The notes below the pieces were generated by a model, which worked only from the letters and a program-made list of their open reading frames with translations, was not told where the DNA came from and searched no databases. 58,336 nucleotides of DNA from Acidobacteriota bacterium (GTDB taxonomy: Bacteria; Acidobacteriota; Thermoanaerobaculia; Thermoanaerobaculales; Sulfomarinibacteraceae). Positions 37,893 through 48,231 of this stretch are shown here, piece by piece (positions within the stretch are counted from its first letter, which is position 1; each line of letters starts with the position of its first letter). The stretch is taken from positions 1 to 58,336 of the forward strand of contig JAADFK010000224.1 of assembly GCA_013152925.1 (NCBI GenBank), written 5' to 3'. The translations under genes and the position numbers were made by a program.

Positions 37893-39134
37893 TCAGAAGC
37901 CCACCGTCAGGCCGATGAGAAAGACGTTGGCCGTGTAGGAGTACGGATGCAACGAATCACGCTTCTGGTGGGTGAAGGTCCCCCGCAACGAGAAGATCGA
38001 GGACAGCCGGTAACCAACACCGAGACCATAGGTCGTGATGTCGTCGGACCGGTCCTGTCCGGTGACGACATCCGGCTGACTGTAATCGTTGTTCTGGTAG
38101 CGCAGCCGGGCGTGGGCGAAGAAACGGTTGAGCTGGAGCTTGTAGAGAAGCCCAGCTCCGGCCGCCACATAGTGGCTCTGGAACTGATAGTTGGAGGGGA
38201 AGTCCTGGCGGATCAGATCGAGGCGAAGCACCGATCCATGGGCCAGGGTCCAGTCGAGGTCGCCCCGGATCACCAGACCCGATGCGTCACTGGGCTTCGG
38301 CAACCCCTCGACCTTGTTGTACGATGTGCTGCGCCAGCCAACCTCGATCCTGGAAGCCCACACCGGCGTGATCTGGCCATCGAAGGAGGCAACGATCTCG
38401 TCGGACGAGGATTGCCTGTATCCGAAGGTGTCCTTCGGGTTGAACTCCTCGTGGTTGTAGATCAGCCCTCCCGTCAGCGTCGGGCTGATCTGGTGAATCC
38501 ACCCCGCGCCCAACCGCGTCTTGTCATAGTCGTAAAAGCTGCCCCGATCCCTCGCGTCGTAGGAGATGGTCTCGTAGGAGCCCCGGAATGAGATCCCATT
38601 GGTCGGGCTGATCCAGTAGTCCATCCTCAGTTGGAAGAAGTGTTTGTCGAACTGCTGATCGCCGTAGACCAGCTCGCCGCCGGGATCGACCTCCCGAGTG
38701 TCCAGGTTGGCCGACACGAAGCGGTAGAGCGCGTCCAGCTTGAGCCCGTTGGCGAAGATGAAGTTCCCATCCAGATCGACGAAATGGGACCACTTATTCT
38801 TGAGGTCGATGGTCTGGTAATTGCGGTACAGCGGGACGTACGAAAGCCGGAGGTAGGACTGGTTGACGGGCAACTCGAACATCAGCTTGGCGCGGGCCAC
38901 GATCATGTCGTCGCTGACGGGATTGTCCGGCGTGAAAAAGACATTGTCCCGCGATTCCCAGGTCAGATCGAAAGCCGGGCTGAAGAGGAACGGACCCAGA
39001 TTGATCCCCTCGGAGCTGTTGACCGGCAAGCTCCCCTTCGGTTCGCTGAGGGGCGAGGCCGTTTGCGCCATCGCCACGCTGGATGCCCAAACCAGCAGGG
39101 CGGCGCAACAGAGCGTGAAGCCGATTTTTTTCAT
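37893..39134 (-). CDS. Outer-membrane beta-barrel protein (EPS-export associated, BBP2/EpsL-like)
   Basis: Signal peptide, early ESRDNVF motif, amphipathic strands and C-terminal YTANVFLIGLTVGF (BAM signal). Directly upstream of the OPX gene. Confidence 0.8.
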   Translation of the reverse strand: MKKIGFTLCCAALLVWASSVAMAQTASPLSEPKGSLPVNSSEGINLGPFLFSPAFDLTWESRDNVFFTPDNPVSDDMIVARAKLMFELPVNQSYLRLSYVPLYRNYQTIDLKNKWSHFVDLDGNFIFANGLKLDALYRFVSANLDTREVDPGGELVYGDQQFDKHFFQLRMDYWISPTNGISFRGSYETISYDARDRGSFYDYDKTRLGAGWIHQISPTLTGGLIYNHEEFNPKDTFGYRQSSSDEIVASFDGQITPVWASRIEVGWRSTSYNKVEGLPKPSDASGLVIRGDLDWTLAHGSVLRLDLIRQDFPSNYQFQSHYVAAGAGLLYKLQLNRFFAHARLRYQNNDYSQPDVVTGQDRSDDITTYGLGVGYRLSSIFSLRGTFTHQKRDSLHPYSYTANVFLIGLTVGF

Positions 39135-39171
39135 CCCAACCTCCAGACCGCTCTTCAAGAAGCTAGGTCAT

Positions 39172-39200
39172 AGCATACACAGTCCCACCAATCTTTTCAA
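39172..39200 (-). promoter_or_regulatory. Sigma70-type promoter for the beta-barrel gene
   Basis: TTGAAA-17 nt-TATGCT on the minus strand in a locally AT-rich tract. Confidence 0.55.
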
Positions 39201-39355
39201 CAAAGCGGAGCTCACGCTTTCCAAGAACCCGATCCGGGAAAACCGGAGCGAAATTCGCGCCTCTTTCGGATTCCATTTTTCCGGAATATCTCCTGGCCGC
39301 CACAAAGAACCCGGCACCGCCCAAAACCACCCTCGGCCATCGCTTTGGAGCTCCG

Positions 39356-42300
39356 TCAATTGATGACTGCCGGAGCCTCATTCCCGGCATCCGCGGCGAT
39401 CGTGGACGGCCCATGCTCTCCGTTGGCCGGCCGTGTTGTGAATTCCAGCTCCACCCGGCCCTCACCGAGGAGCCGGTCCAGGGAAGCCCGCAGCTTTGGC
39501 GATGGATCGACACAGAGCACCGGCGGGGCCCACATCCGCGCCCGAAAGATGCCTTTTCTGACCAGCTCGAAGCGCACACCCAGCCGCCCGGAGTGGGCGA
39601 GAAGCAGCTCGCGGAGCTGCTCCAGGAGGGGCTCATCCACCTGGTCGAGGTCGAGGATGATGCGCAGCGCCGAGGCATCGCGCAGCTCGATGCCCTCGAG
39701 CGGCACGACCTCCTCGACCATGAGCTCCACATGGTCCCCATCACCCTTGAGGGAACCGGTCACCAACACCGCCCGGCCCTCCTCGAGGACGCCGTTGACC
39801 TGGTCGAAGGCATCGGGGAAGACGACACATCGAAGGGTTCCGCTGGGATCCTCCAACTGGAACGACGCCATTCGCCGCCCCCGGTTTCGTCCCTCCTTGC
39901 GAATGGTCATCACCTTGAGCCCGGTGAGGAGCCCACCCACCGAGACACTCTCCCAGCCCTCCGCCAGCCTCGTGGGAAGCTCGGCCACGCGGCTGTTGGC
40001 GTAGGTTTTCAGTGGCTCCTCGTAGCGGTCCAGGGGATGGCCCGACAGGTAGAATCCCAGGACCTCGCGTTCCCAGGCCAGGCGCTCGGCGTCCTCGGCC
40101 GGCCCCGCCGAGTGGAGGCTTGCCTCGAGCTCTTCGGAGGGGAGCGCCTCGAAGAGGAAACCTTGGCCGAGCTCCCCCTGCTCGCGTTCCCTCGATGCCA
40201 TCTCCGTCAGCCGCTCCAGATTGTCCACGAGGCCCTTGCGCGTGATCCCGAAGGCGTCGAAGCAGCCGGCCTTGGCCAGGCATTCGACCACCTTGTGGTT
40301 GACCGTCCGCGCCGGTAGCGAGCGGAGAAAGTGGGCCACAGAGTTGAAGCCGTCCTCGCACTCCCGGACCGTGAGGATGGTGCTGACGGCCGCCTCCCCG
40401 ACCCCCTTGACCGCGATCAATCCGAAACGTATCCCCTCCGGCTCCACGGTGAAGGGAAGCTGGGAGGCGTTGATGTCCGGAGGCAGGATCGCGATCCCCA
40501 TGTGCCGGCAGCGCCCCAGGTACATGGCCAGCTTGGCCGTGTTGGACGCCTCCGATGTCAACATGGCCGCCATGAAGTGCGCCGGGTAGTGGGTCTTGAG
40601 ATAGGCCGTCAGGTACGCCACGTGGGCGTAGGCCACCGAGTGGGACTTGTTGAAGCCGTACTGGGCGAAGGGCACGATCTGTTCCCAGAGCCGGCGCATC
40701 TTGGCCTTGGGATGACCCTTGGCCACACCCCCCTGGACGAAGTTTTCACCCTCGCGATCGATGATCTCCTTCTTCTTCTTGCCCATGGCCTTGCGCAGGG
40801 TGTCGGCCTGCGCCATGGTGAAGCCGGCGATCTTGACCGCGATCCGCATTACCTGCTCCTGGTAGACGATGATGCCGTAGGTCTCGGCCAGGATCTCTTC
40901 CAGCTCCGGGAAGATGTAGGTGATCGGCTTGTTCCCGTGTTTCCGGGCCGCGTAGTCGTCGATGAACTGCATGGGGCCGGGCCGGTAGAGCGCGTTGAGG
41001 GCTGCGATGTCCGGAAACGCCTGGGGCTGGACCTTCCGCAGGACGTCCTTCATGCCGGAGGATTCGAACTGGAAGATGCCGTCGGTGTCGCCCTCGGAGA
41101 AGAGCCTGTAGACCTGCGGATCGTCGAAGGGAATCGTTGCGAGGTCCGGTGGCTCACCCTCGCTCCGGGCGATGGATTGCAGGGTATCGGCGATGACGGT
41201 CAGCGTCTTGAGACCCAGGAAATCCATCTTGAGCAGGCCCAGCGCCTCCACATCGTCCTTGTCGAACTGGGTGACGATCTCGTCGTGCCCCGAGCGGTAG
41301 AGCGGCACCAGGTTGACCAGGGGCTCCGGCGCAATGACGACACCCGCGGCGTGGACACCGCAGTGGCGGGCCAGTCCCTCGAGGTTGGAAGCCGTTTCCA
41401 CCAGCTGGCGGACATCCTCGTCACCCTCGACCAGCCCCCTGAGCTCCGGGGAATCCCGCAGGGCCTGCTCGATGGTGATGTTGAGCTCCTCCGGGATCAG
41501 CTTGGCGATACGATCCACGTCGTTGTACGGCATGCCCATGACACGTCCAACATCCTTGACGGCCGACCTGGCCTTGAGCACGTTGAATGTGGCGATCTGC
41601 GCCACGGACTCGTTGCCATACCGCTCGCGCACGTACTGGATCACCCGGTCCCGCTCCCGCTGACAGAAGTCGATGTCGATGTCCGGCATGGAAATCCGCT
41701 CGGGGTTGAGAAAGCGCTCGAAGAGCAGATCGTACTCCAGGGGATCGATGTCGGTGATACCCAGGGCGTAGGAGACCACCGACCCCGCGGCGGATCCGCG
41801 GCCCGGCCCCACGGGCACGCCGTTGTCCTTGGCGAACCGGATGAAGTCCCAGACCACCAGGAAGTACCCCGGAAAGCCCATGCCTTCGATGATCTCGAGC
41901 TCGTGGGCCAGACGTGACCGGTACTCATCCGCCCCATGTCGGCGCTTCCTGCCATCGGCCAGCCGGGCCTCGAGCCCCTCACGCGCCTGCTCCGCCAGGA
42001 ACGATGCCGTGGTGTGGCCCCTGGGCACGGGGTAGGAGGGCAGGTGGAGGGTCGAGGTATCGAAGAGCACGTGGCACCGTTCAGCGATCTCGACGGTGCG
42101 CTCGCAGGCGCCCGGGTAGCCCGCGAAAAGAGCGTGCATCTCCTCCGGCGTCTTGACGTAGAACTGCTCGTTGTAGGCGTAGGAACGCTGGATCTCCTCC
42201 ATGTTCTTCTTGTTCTGACCGATGCCGATCAGGACCTTGTGCGCGAGCAGGTCCTCCGGGCTGTGAAAGTGGCAGTCGTTGGTGGCCACCAGTGGAATGC

Positions 42301-42913
42301 CCGTGGCCCCGGAAAGGGCCGTCATTCCCTCCCGAACGGCGGCCTCGTCGGCCGAACCGTGATCCTGAATCTCCAGGAAGAAGCTGTCCGCTCCCAGGAT
42401 CTCCCGGTACTGCTCGGCCGCCCGGCGGGCGCCGCCGGCGTCCCGCCCCAGGAGCCGCCGGGAAACCTCTCCCGACAGGCATGCCGACAGGCCGATCAGG
42501 CCCTCCGCGTGCTCGGCCAGCACCTCCTTGGAGATCCTCGGTTTGTGATAGAACCCGTTGAGGTAGGCCTCGGTGACGAGCCACACAAGGTTCCGGTAAC
42601 CCTGCTGGTTCTCGGCGAGCAGCACCAGGTGGTCGTAGGGCTTCCGGCCCGAAACGGGCTTCCGTTCCCGGTGATCGGCCGGCGCCACGTACACCTCGCA
42701 GCCAAGCACGGGACGCAACCCCGCCTTGAGGGCTGCCCGGTGGAACTGGAAGGCACCAAAGAGATTACCGTGGTCGGTGAGGGCGACGGCCGGCATTCCA
42801 GCAGCGGCGGCCTGCTCCACAAGGCGCGGGATCCTGATGGTGGCATCGAGAAGGGAGTAGTGGGTGTGCAGGTGGAGGTGGACGAAAGGCGGGCTCTCCT
42901 TGCGGCGCGTCAT
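39356..42913 (-). CDS. dnaE: DNA polymerase III alpha subunit
   Basis: FVHLHLHTHYSLLD (PHP domain), GPGRGSAAGS, MPDIDIDF, KMDFLGL, YGFNKSH and OB fold. Alternative start at 42931. Confidence 0.97.
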   Translation of the reverse strand: MTRRKESPPFVHLHLHTHYSLLDATIRIPRLVEQAAAAGMPAVALTDHGNLFGAFQFHRAALKAGLRPVLGCEVYVAPADHRERKPVSGRKPYDHLVLLAENQQGYRNLVWLVTEAYLNGFYHKPRISKEVLAEHAEGLIGLSACLSGEVSRRLLGRDAGGARRAAEQYREILGADSFFLEIQDHGSADEAAVREGMTALSGATGIPLVATNDCHFHSPEDLLAHKVLIGIGQNKKNMEEIQRSYAYNEQFYVKTPEEMHALFAGYPGACERTVEIAERCHVLFDTSTLHLPSYPVPRGHTTASFLAEQAREGLEARLADGRKRRHGADEYRSRLAHELEIIEGMGFPGYFLVVWDFIRFAKDNGVPVGPGRGSAAGSVVSYALGITDIDPLEYDLLFERFLNPERISMPDIDIDFCQRERDRVIQYVRERYGNESVAQIATFNVLKARSAVKDVGRVMGMPYNDVDRIAKLIPEELNITIEQALRDSPELRGLVEGDEDVRQLVETASNLEGLARHCGVHAAGVVIAPEPLVNLVPLYRSGHDEIVTQFDKDDVEALGLLKMDFLGLKTLTVIADTLQSIARSEGEPPDLATIPFDDPQVYRLFSEGDTDGIFQFESSGMKDVLRKVQPQAFPDIAALNALYRPGPMQFIDDYAARKHGNKPITYIFPELEEILAETYGIIVYQEQVMRIAVKIAGFTMAQADTLRKAMGKKKKEIIDREGENFVQGGVAKGHPKAKMRRLWEQIVPFAQYGFNKSHSVAYAHVAYLTAYLKTHYPAHFMAAMLTSEASNTAKLAMYLGRCRHMGIAILPPDINASQLPFTVEPEGIRFGLIAVKGVGEAAVSTILTVRECEDGFNSVAHFLRSLPARTVNHKVVECLAKAGCFDAFGITRKGLVDNLERLTEMASREREQGELGQGFLFEALPSEELEASLHSAGPAEDAERLAWEREVLGFYLSGHPLDRYEEPLKTYANSRVAELPTRLAEGWESVSVGGLLTGLKVMTIRKEGRNRGRRMASFQLEDPSGTLRCVVFPDAFDQVNGVLEEGRAVLVTGSLKGDGDHVELMVEEVVPLEGIELRDASALRIILDLDQVDEPLLEQLRELLLAHSGRLGVRFELVRKGIFRARMWAPPVLCVDPSPKLRASLDRLLGEGRVELEFTTRPANGEHGPSTIAADAGNEAPAVIN

Positions 42914-43123
42914 GCCCCGATGATAGTCCATCTTCTCGCCTTCCGGGCGCACCTCCCATGAGCCACAACGACCGGCCCGTACCATTGCAGCGGCCAGCCA
43001 CCTCAGGAGGGATCAACCCGCGCGGACCGTGGACCGGCTCAGGAAGCCACCAAGAGAACAGTGTCCCGTGTATCCGTTTATCCGTTTGTCCGATCGCAGC
43101 GGGAAACCGCCCGGCTCCGCGGG

Positions 43124-45763
43124 CTACTTCTGATACCACCGCTTGCGGAGCACCTTCAGGGGGCGCTGTGCGGTCCCGAGGCTCCCGGTGTGGCCCGAGC
43201 CGTCCGTGGCCGTGACGAAGAGCTCCACCGTCGTGTTCCCGTGGAGCTGGGGCGTCAGCTTCAACGGCCAGTGGTCCCCGGAGGCATGATGCAGTGGCAC
43301 CTCCCGGTAATTCCTCTCACCCTTCCTGCGAATGTGGACCGTCACCGACGCCACGCCGAGGTCATCGGTCACGAGGAAGGGAATGACAAGGTCCTGGTTC
43401 TTCTTGAAACGCAACTTGAAGCCCGGTTGCAACATGACCTTGGGAGCCTCGGCGTCGCGGGCCCGGAGGGACTGCCGAAGACGGGCTTGAAGATCCTGGA
43501 AACGCGCAACGTACGAACCCGTTGGGGTGATACTTTCGAGGATCGTCAGCCCGCGTTTGGGGTCGCCGGCGTCCAGGGCCTTCTGGGCCCGTTCCAGGGT
43601 ATCGTCGAGGTGCCGCTGCCGTTCGACCTCCTGCCGGTACCGGCCGATCTCCGCGTCGAGACCGGCGCGCTGGGGCCAGAGCTTGTGTTCCTTCTCCAGC
43701 AGGCTGAGCGCTTCGGCGTGGCGGCCGCGGTCCGCCGCCTCGGCGGCGCGGGCCTCCACGGACTTGGCAGCCTCGAGACGCAGCGTCGTCGCGCGGCCGT
43801 AGGCCGGAAGGACCTCCAGGAGAGCCCCGGCGCGCTCGATCACTTGCAGATCGTCGCCCGCCTTCTTGGCGCGCCAGAGGAGCGTGTGGATCTGGAGCGC
43901 CTTCCGCGCCCGCTTCATCTTGGACCGAAGCCCCCGGACACCCCGGAGCTCGCTGCGAGGAAGCGCCTCGAGGGCCCGCACGGCGCGCCGGAGCCTCCGG
44001 ATGTCGCCCCGCCGCAGGCCCACGTCGAGCTCATGGACCGCACGATCCCTGGCCGAAGCCCCAAGCGCCTGCTTCAGATCGTCGTAGGCTGCACGATCCT
44101 CCTCGCCAAAGGCCGCCAACTCCTCGGGGCCGAGCGCACTCAAGGTCTTCCGGGCCGCCGCCACATCCCCCGCGTCCAGCGCCGCCCGGGCCTCCTCGAG
44201 GCGCGGGTCCAGCTGGGGCGCCTCGGGAGCTTCCGCTTCCCCGCTCTCCGGCTGAACGACGACGACCGCCGGCACGAGATCCTCCGCCGCCTGTCGAGTG
44301 GCCCCCGCCGTGCCACCCGTGCCGCGAAGCACCACGAACACTACCACGAGGATCACGGCCAGGACGACACCGGCCGCCACACCGATCAGCAGGCGCCGGT
44401 CGGCCTCCCGAACGAACCTGACGCTCCTGTCGAGCAACGGCCGGGCGGCCGCCCGAATTCTCTCGAAGCTCTCCCCGGCGCGTGACACCAGCACCTTCCA
44501 GCCAGCCTGGACCCGCGTGGCCGCGGCGGCTGGGGCTGGCGCGCCGGCCCCGGCCCCTGTGCCGGGCGGTCCAGCGCCCACGGCGTCTTCAGAGGGCGGA
44601 GGCTCCGGCGGCACTGGCGCCGCCGGCGGTTCCTCAGCCGGCTTCCGGGACAGCGGCGGCGTCATGACTGTCCCGAGATCCTCTTCAGCCAGGACGCTCT
44701 CCACCTCCCCCGGAAGAGGCGGCGGCCCGGGTCGTACCCCGGGGGCCGTGTCCGGCGTTCCGGTCTTGCCCTGCGGCACGGGAGCTTCCCCTTCTTCCTC
44801 AATAACGAAGGAGGCCAGCTCCTCCGGAGTGAAGCTGGGCCGGGTCCTGTTGGGGTCGAACGCCTCCGCCGTTGGCCCCGCCTCTGCAATTGGCGGCGGG
44901 GCGATCCCTTTCGACGGTGGACCCGGCACGCCGAGATCGGCCAGATCCGGCATGGGAGCGGCCTCGCCGCCGGTTCTCAGGGTCTCGGCCAGCTCTTCCA
45001 GACTGACCCGCCGTTCGGAGGGAGCATGGCGCAAACACGTGGCCAGCACCTCCTCCAGGCCCACGGGATCGGCCACCACCGTGCGGACCGTCTCGGGGAG
45101 CACCACCGCGGGGTTGGCGTCTCCCGGCGTCTCCACCGACGCGCCAAGGGCCTGGCACGCCACCAGAGCGGCCGAGTAGAGGTCGGCCTTCCACGGTGGC
45201 TGCCCGGCTCCAAGGCCGGCGTCCATCAGCTCCGGGGCGGCGAAGGCGTCCCAGTCCGGCGAGTGGCCCATCAGACCACCGGCGGCGCCGGCGCCCAGGA
45301 AGGCCGCCGAGCCGAGGCCGACGAGCCGGACGCCCCCGCCGATCACGTCCACGTTGCCCGGGGCGAGGTTGTGGTGGACCACGCCGGCACGGGCCATGCC
45401 GGCCAGACAGTCGGCCATGCCGGCCAAAAGCGGCAGCACGGTCTCGGCGGTCTTGGGCTCCAGCTCGGTCAGGGGCAGCCCCTCGTCGAAGGACATGACG
45501 AGAAAGGCACGGCCGTCGGGCGTCACGCCGAAATCCAGGATCTCCGGAAGACATGGAAGCCCCGCCTCCCGGAGAGTCCGAGCCGCTCGGAGGAAACGCT
45601 GGCGATTCTCCTCCGGGGGCTGGCCGCCCAGGGCATTGAGCAGCTTCAGCACCACGAGCTGACCGGTCTGGGGGTTCTGGGCGTGGAAGACCGTCGTCTG
45701 CGGCGCCGCCTTGAGCAGCTTGAGTATCCGGAACTCGTCGACGATCCTCCGCGCTTCGACCAC
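43124..45763 (-). CDS. Membrane-anchored Hanks-type Ser/Thr pseudokinase with extracytoplasmic helical and Ig-like regions
   Basis: VVLK, ILDFG, HHNLAPGNV, VGLG, AAPE and ADLYS. Pro-rich linker and one TM helix. SD GGAGG before GTG at 45763. Confidence 0.78.
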   Translation of the reverse strand: MVEARRIVDEFRILKLLKAAPQTTVFHAQNPQTGQLVVLKLLNALGGQPPEENRQRFLRAARTLREAGLPCLPEILDFGVTPDGRAFLVMSFDEGLPLTELEPKTAETVLPLLAGMADCLAGMARAGVVHHNLAPGNVDVIGGGVRLVGLGSAAFLGAGAAGGLMGHSPDWDAFAAPELMDAGLGAGQPPWKADLYSAALVACQALGASVETPGDANPAVVLPETVRTVVADPVGLEEVLATCLRHAPSERRVSLEELAETLRTGGEAAPMPDLADLGVPGPPSKGIAPPPIAEAGPTAEAFDPNRTRPSFTPEELASFVIEEEGEAPVPQGKTGTPDTAPGVRPGPPPLPGEVESVLAEEDLGTVMTPPLSRKPAEEPPAAPVPPEPPPSEDAVGAGPPGTGAGAGAPAPAAAATRVQAGWKVLVSRAGESFERIRAAARPLLDRSVRFVREADRRLLIGVAAGVVLAVILVVVFVVLRGTGGTAGATRQAAEDLVPAVVVVQPESGEAEAPEAPQLDPRLEEARAALDAGDVAAARKTLSALGPEELAAFGEEDRAAYDDLKQALGASARDRAVHELDVGLRRGDIRRLRRAVRALEALPRSELRGVRGLRSKMKRARKALQIHTLLWRAKKAGDDLQVIERAGALLEVLPAYGRATTLRLEAAKSVEARAAEAADRGRHAEALSLLEKEHKLWPQRAGLDAEIGRYRQEVERQRHLDDTLERAQKALDAGDPKRGLTILESITPTGSYVARFQDLQARLRQSLRARDAEAPKVMLQPGFKLRFKKNQDLVIPFLVTDDLGVASVTVHIRRKGERNYREVPLHHASGDHWPLKLTPQLHGNTTVELFVTATDGSGHTGSLGTAQRPLKVLRKRWYQK

Positions 45764-46001
45764 CGCCGTGACCTCCTCCGCCCCGTGGCAACCCTTCCCG
45801 GACGGCACCGCAGGACAGGGTCCTCGTTTGCTCCGGGAACAGGTCAAGTATAGGATACCGGATGTCCAGGGCCGGTGACACAGCCCACCGGTTCCCTTTC
45901 CAGCGTCTCGCTCTCTCTTCCCAGACTCCGTCCCAGTGTATACTCGCCCGAACGAGGACAGGAACCCATGAGCTCATGGGGGACCAAACGCGGGAGGCAA
46001 C

Positions 46002-47060
46002 ATGAAGGTCGGCATCATCGGATACGGCGCCTTCATTCCCAGGCGGCGCATCAAGCTTGAGGAGATCGCCGCAGTCTGGGGTGCGGATGCGACGTCGTAC
46101 AAGCGGGGGTTGCAGCTGCACGAGAAGTCGGTGCCGGGAAAAGACGAGGACACGATCACCATGTCCGTCGAGGCCGCCCGGCGGGCTTTCCTACGCTCCG
46201 GGGGAGTTGAGCCGGAGAGGGTCGGGGCCCTCTACATCGGCTCGGAGTCCCACCCCTACGCGGTCAAGCCTTCGGGCACAGTTGTCGGCGAGGCGCTCGG
46301 CATCACGCCGGTGGCTCATGTGGCCGATCTGGAGTTCGCCTGCAAGGCCGGCACCGAGGGAATGTACCTGGCCCACTCCCTGGTCAAGGCCGGTGAGGTC
46401 TCCTACGCCATGGGGATCGGCGCCGACACCTCCCAGGGCGCTCCCGGCGACGCCCTGGAGTACTCCACGGCGGCGGGGGCGGCCGCTTTCCTCTTCGGCG
46501 CCGACGAGGACCGGATCCTCGCCGAGGTGGTGGCCACCTACTCCTGGACCACCGACACGCCGGACTTCTGGCGGCGCGTTCACATGCACTACCCCCGCCA
46601 CGGCAGCCGCTTCACCGGCGAGCCGGCGTACTTCCGCCACATCACGAGCTCGGCCAAGGGCATCATGGAACGAACCGGCTTCGAGCCCAAGGACTTCGCC
46701 CACGCCGTGTTCCACCAGCCCAACGGCAAGTTCCCGATCCGTGTGGGCAAGCGGCTCGGTTTCACCATGGAGCAGCTGGAAACCGGCTGGCTCTCTCCCT
46801 GGCTCGGCAACACCTACTCCGGGGCGTCGCCCATGGGCCTGACGGCGGTCCTCGACATCGCCCGCCCCGGCCAGCTGATCCTGCTGACCTCGTTCGGCTC
46901 CGGCGCCGGCTCGGACTCCTTCGTCTTCCGGATCACCGATCGCCTGCCAGAGGTCCAGGAGCTGGCACCCATCACGCGGGTCCAGCTGGACAACGACAAG
47001 ATCTACGTCAGCTACGGTCAATACGCCAGTCTTCGCGGCAAGATCCGCATGGGCGAGTGA
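46002..47060 (+). CDS. Hydroxymethylglutaryl-CoA synthase, archaeal type
   Basis: [19 protein letters not shown] (catalytic Cys), [35 protein letters not shown] and GNTYSG. Confidence 0.92.
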   Translation: MKVGIIGYGAFIPRRRIKLEEIAAVWGADATSYKRGLQLHEKSVPGKDEDTITMSVEAARRAFLRSGGVEPERVGALYIGSESHPYAVKPSGTVVGEALGITPVAHVADLEFACKAGTEGMYLAHSLVKAGEVSYAMGIGADTSQGAPGDALEYSTAAGAAAFLFGADEDRILAEVVATYSWTTDTPDFWRRVHMHYPRHGSRFTGEPAYFRHITSSAKGIMERTGFEPKDFAHAVFHQPNGKFPIRVGKRLGFTMEQLETGWLSPWLGNTYSGASPMGLTAVLDIARPGQLILLTSFGSGAGSDSFVFRITDRLPEVQELAPITRVQLDNDKIYVSYGQYASLRGKIRMGE

Positions 47061-47070
47061 GGAGGCGGCG

Positions 47071-48231
47071 ATGCGAGACGTTGCAATCATCGGTGTTGGA
47101 ATGATCCCGTGGGGGGAGCTCTGGGAGGATTCCCTCCGGACGATCTGGACCCGGGCCGCCGTGGCCGCCCTGGAGGATGCCGGGGTCGACACGGTGGACC
47201 TCATTACCGTCGGGTGCATGTCGTCCGGCCTGTTCGTCGGCCAGGAACACCTGGCCTCCATGGTCGCCGACCAGCTGGGGATGCCAGGGGTCCCCGCATC
47301 GCGGGTGGAGTCCGCCTGCGCCTCTGGAAGCCTGGCCCTTCGCCACGCCTTCGCCGAGGTGGCGGCGGGCCTGGTCGACATCGCCCTGGTGACCGGCGTG
47401 GAAAAGATGACCGACGTGGACGGCGGTGCTGCCACCTACACCCTGGGAACCGCGGCGGACCAGGAGTACGAGTCGTTCCACGGCATCACCTTCCCGGGCC
47501 TCTACGCCATGATGGCTCGTGTCCACATGGCCCATTACGGCACGACCTCCCGGCAGATGGCCGCGGTCTCCATGAAGAACCATGCCAACGGACTGCTCAA
47601 CCCCAACGCCCAGTACCACCTCAAGGTCAGCATCGACGACGTGCTGAGCTCGACGCCGGTGGCCGAGCCGCTGCACCTCCTGGACTGCTCGCCGATCACC
47701 GACGGCGCCGCGGCCCTGGTCATCGCCCCCATCGATCGGGCGCGGGATCTGGCCGGACGCCGCCCCGTGGTGCGCATCGCGGGATCCGGCATGGCCACCG
47801 ACACCATCGCCCTTGCGGATCGCGAGGATCTCTCCCGTCTCCGGGCGGTGGAGCTCTCAGCCGAACGGGCGTACGCCATGGCCGGGAAGAAGCCCTCGGA
47901 CATCCACGTGGCCGAGGTGCACGACTGCTTCACCATCGCGGAGATCATGACAACCGAGGCCCTGGGCTTCTTCGGACCCGGCGAAGGCGGACCGGCGGCC
48001 GAAAAGGGCTGGACCGCCCTCGACGGCAGGATCCCGGTCAACCCTTCCGGCGGCCTCAAGTCCAAGGGCCATCCGGTGGGCGCCACGGGCGTCGCCCAGG
48101 TGTGCGAGATCGTCAACCAGCTGCGCGGCGAGGCCGGCCAGCGGCAGGTGAAGGACGCCCGCGTCGGCCTGACACAGAACATGGGCGGCTCGGGCGGCTC
48201 GTCCATCGTCCATATCCTGGAGGTGGTCTGA
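47071..48231 (+). CDS. Acetyl-CoA acetyltransferase (archaeal/SCP2-type thiolase)
   Basis: [48 protein letters not shown] and QNMGG. Confidence 0.93.
   Translation: MRDVAIIGVGMIPWGELWEDSLRTIWTRAAVAALEDAGVDTVDLITVGCMSSGLFVGQEHLASMVADQLGMPGVPASRVESACASGSLALRHAFAEVAAGLVDIALVTGVEKMTDVDGGAATYTLGTAADQEYESFHGITFPGLYAMMARVHMAHYGTTSRQMAAVSMKNHANGLLNPNAQYHLKVSIDDVLSSTPVAEPLHLLDCSPITDGAAALVIAPIDRARDLAGRRPVVRIAGSGMATDTIALADREDLSRLRAVELSAERAYAMAGKKPSDIHVAEVHDCFTIAEIMTTEALGFFGPGEGGPAAEKGWTALDGRIPVNPSGGLKSKGHPVGATGVAQVCEIVNQLRGEAGQRQVKDARVGLTQNMGGSGGSSIVHILEVV

Noticed and set aside
43066-43092. Octamer repeat (TCCGTKTR x3)
   Set aside because: Too short and degenerate to support a function.
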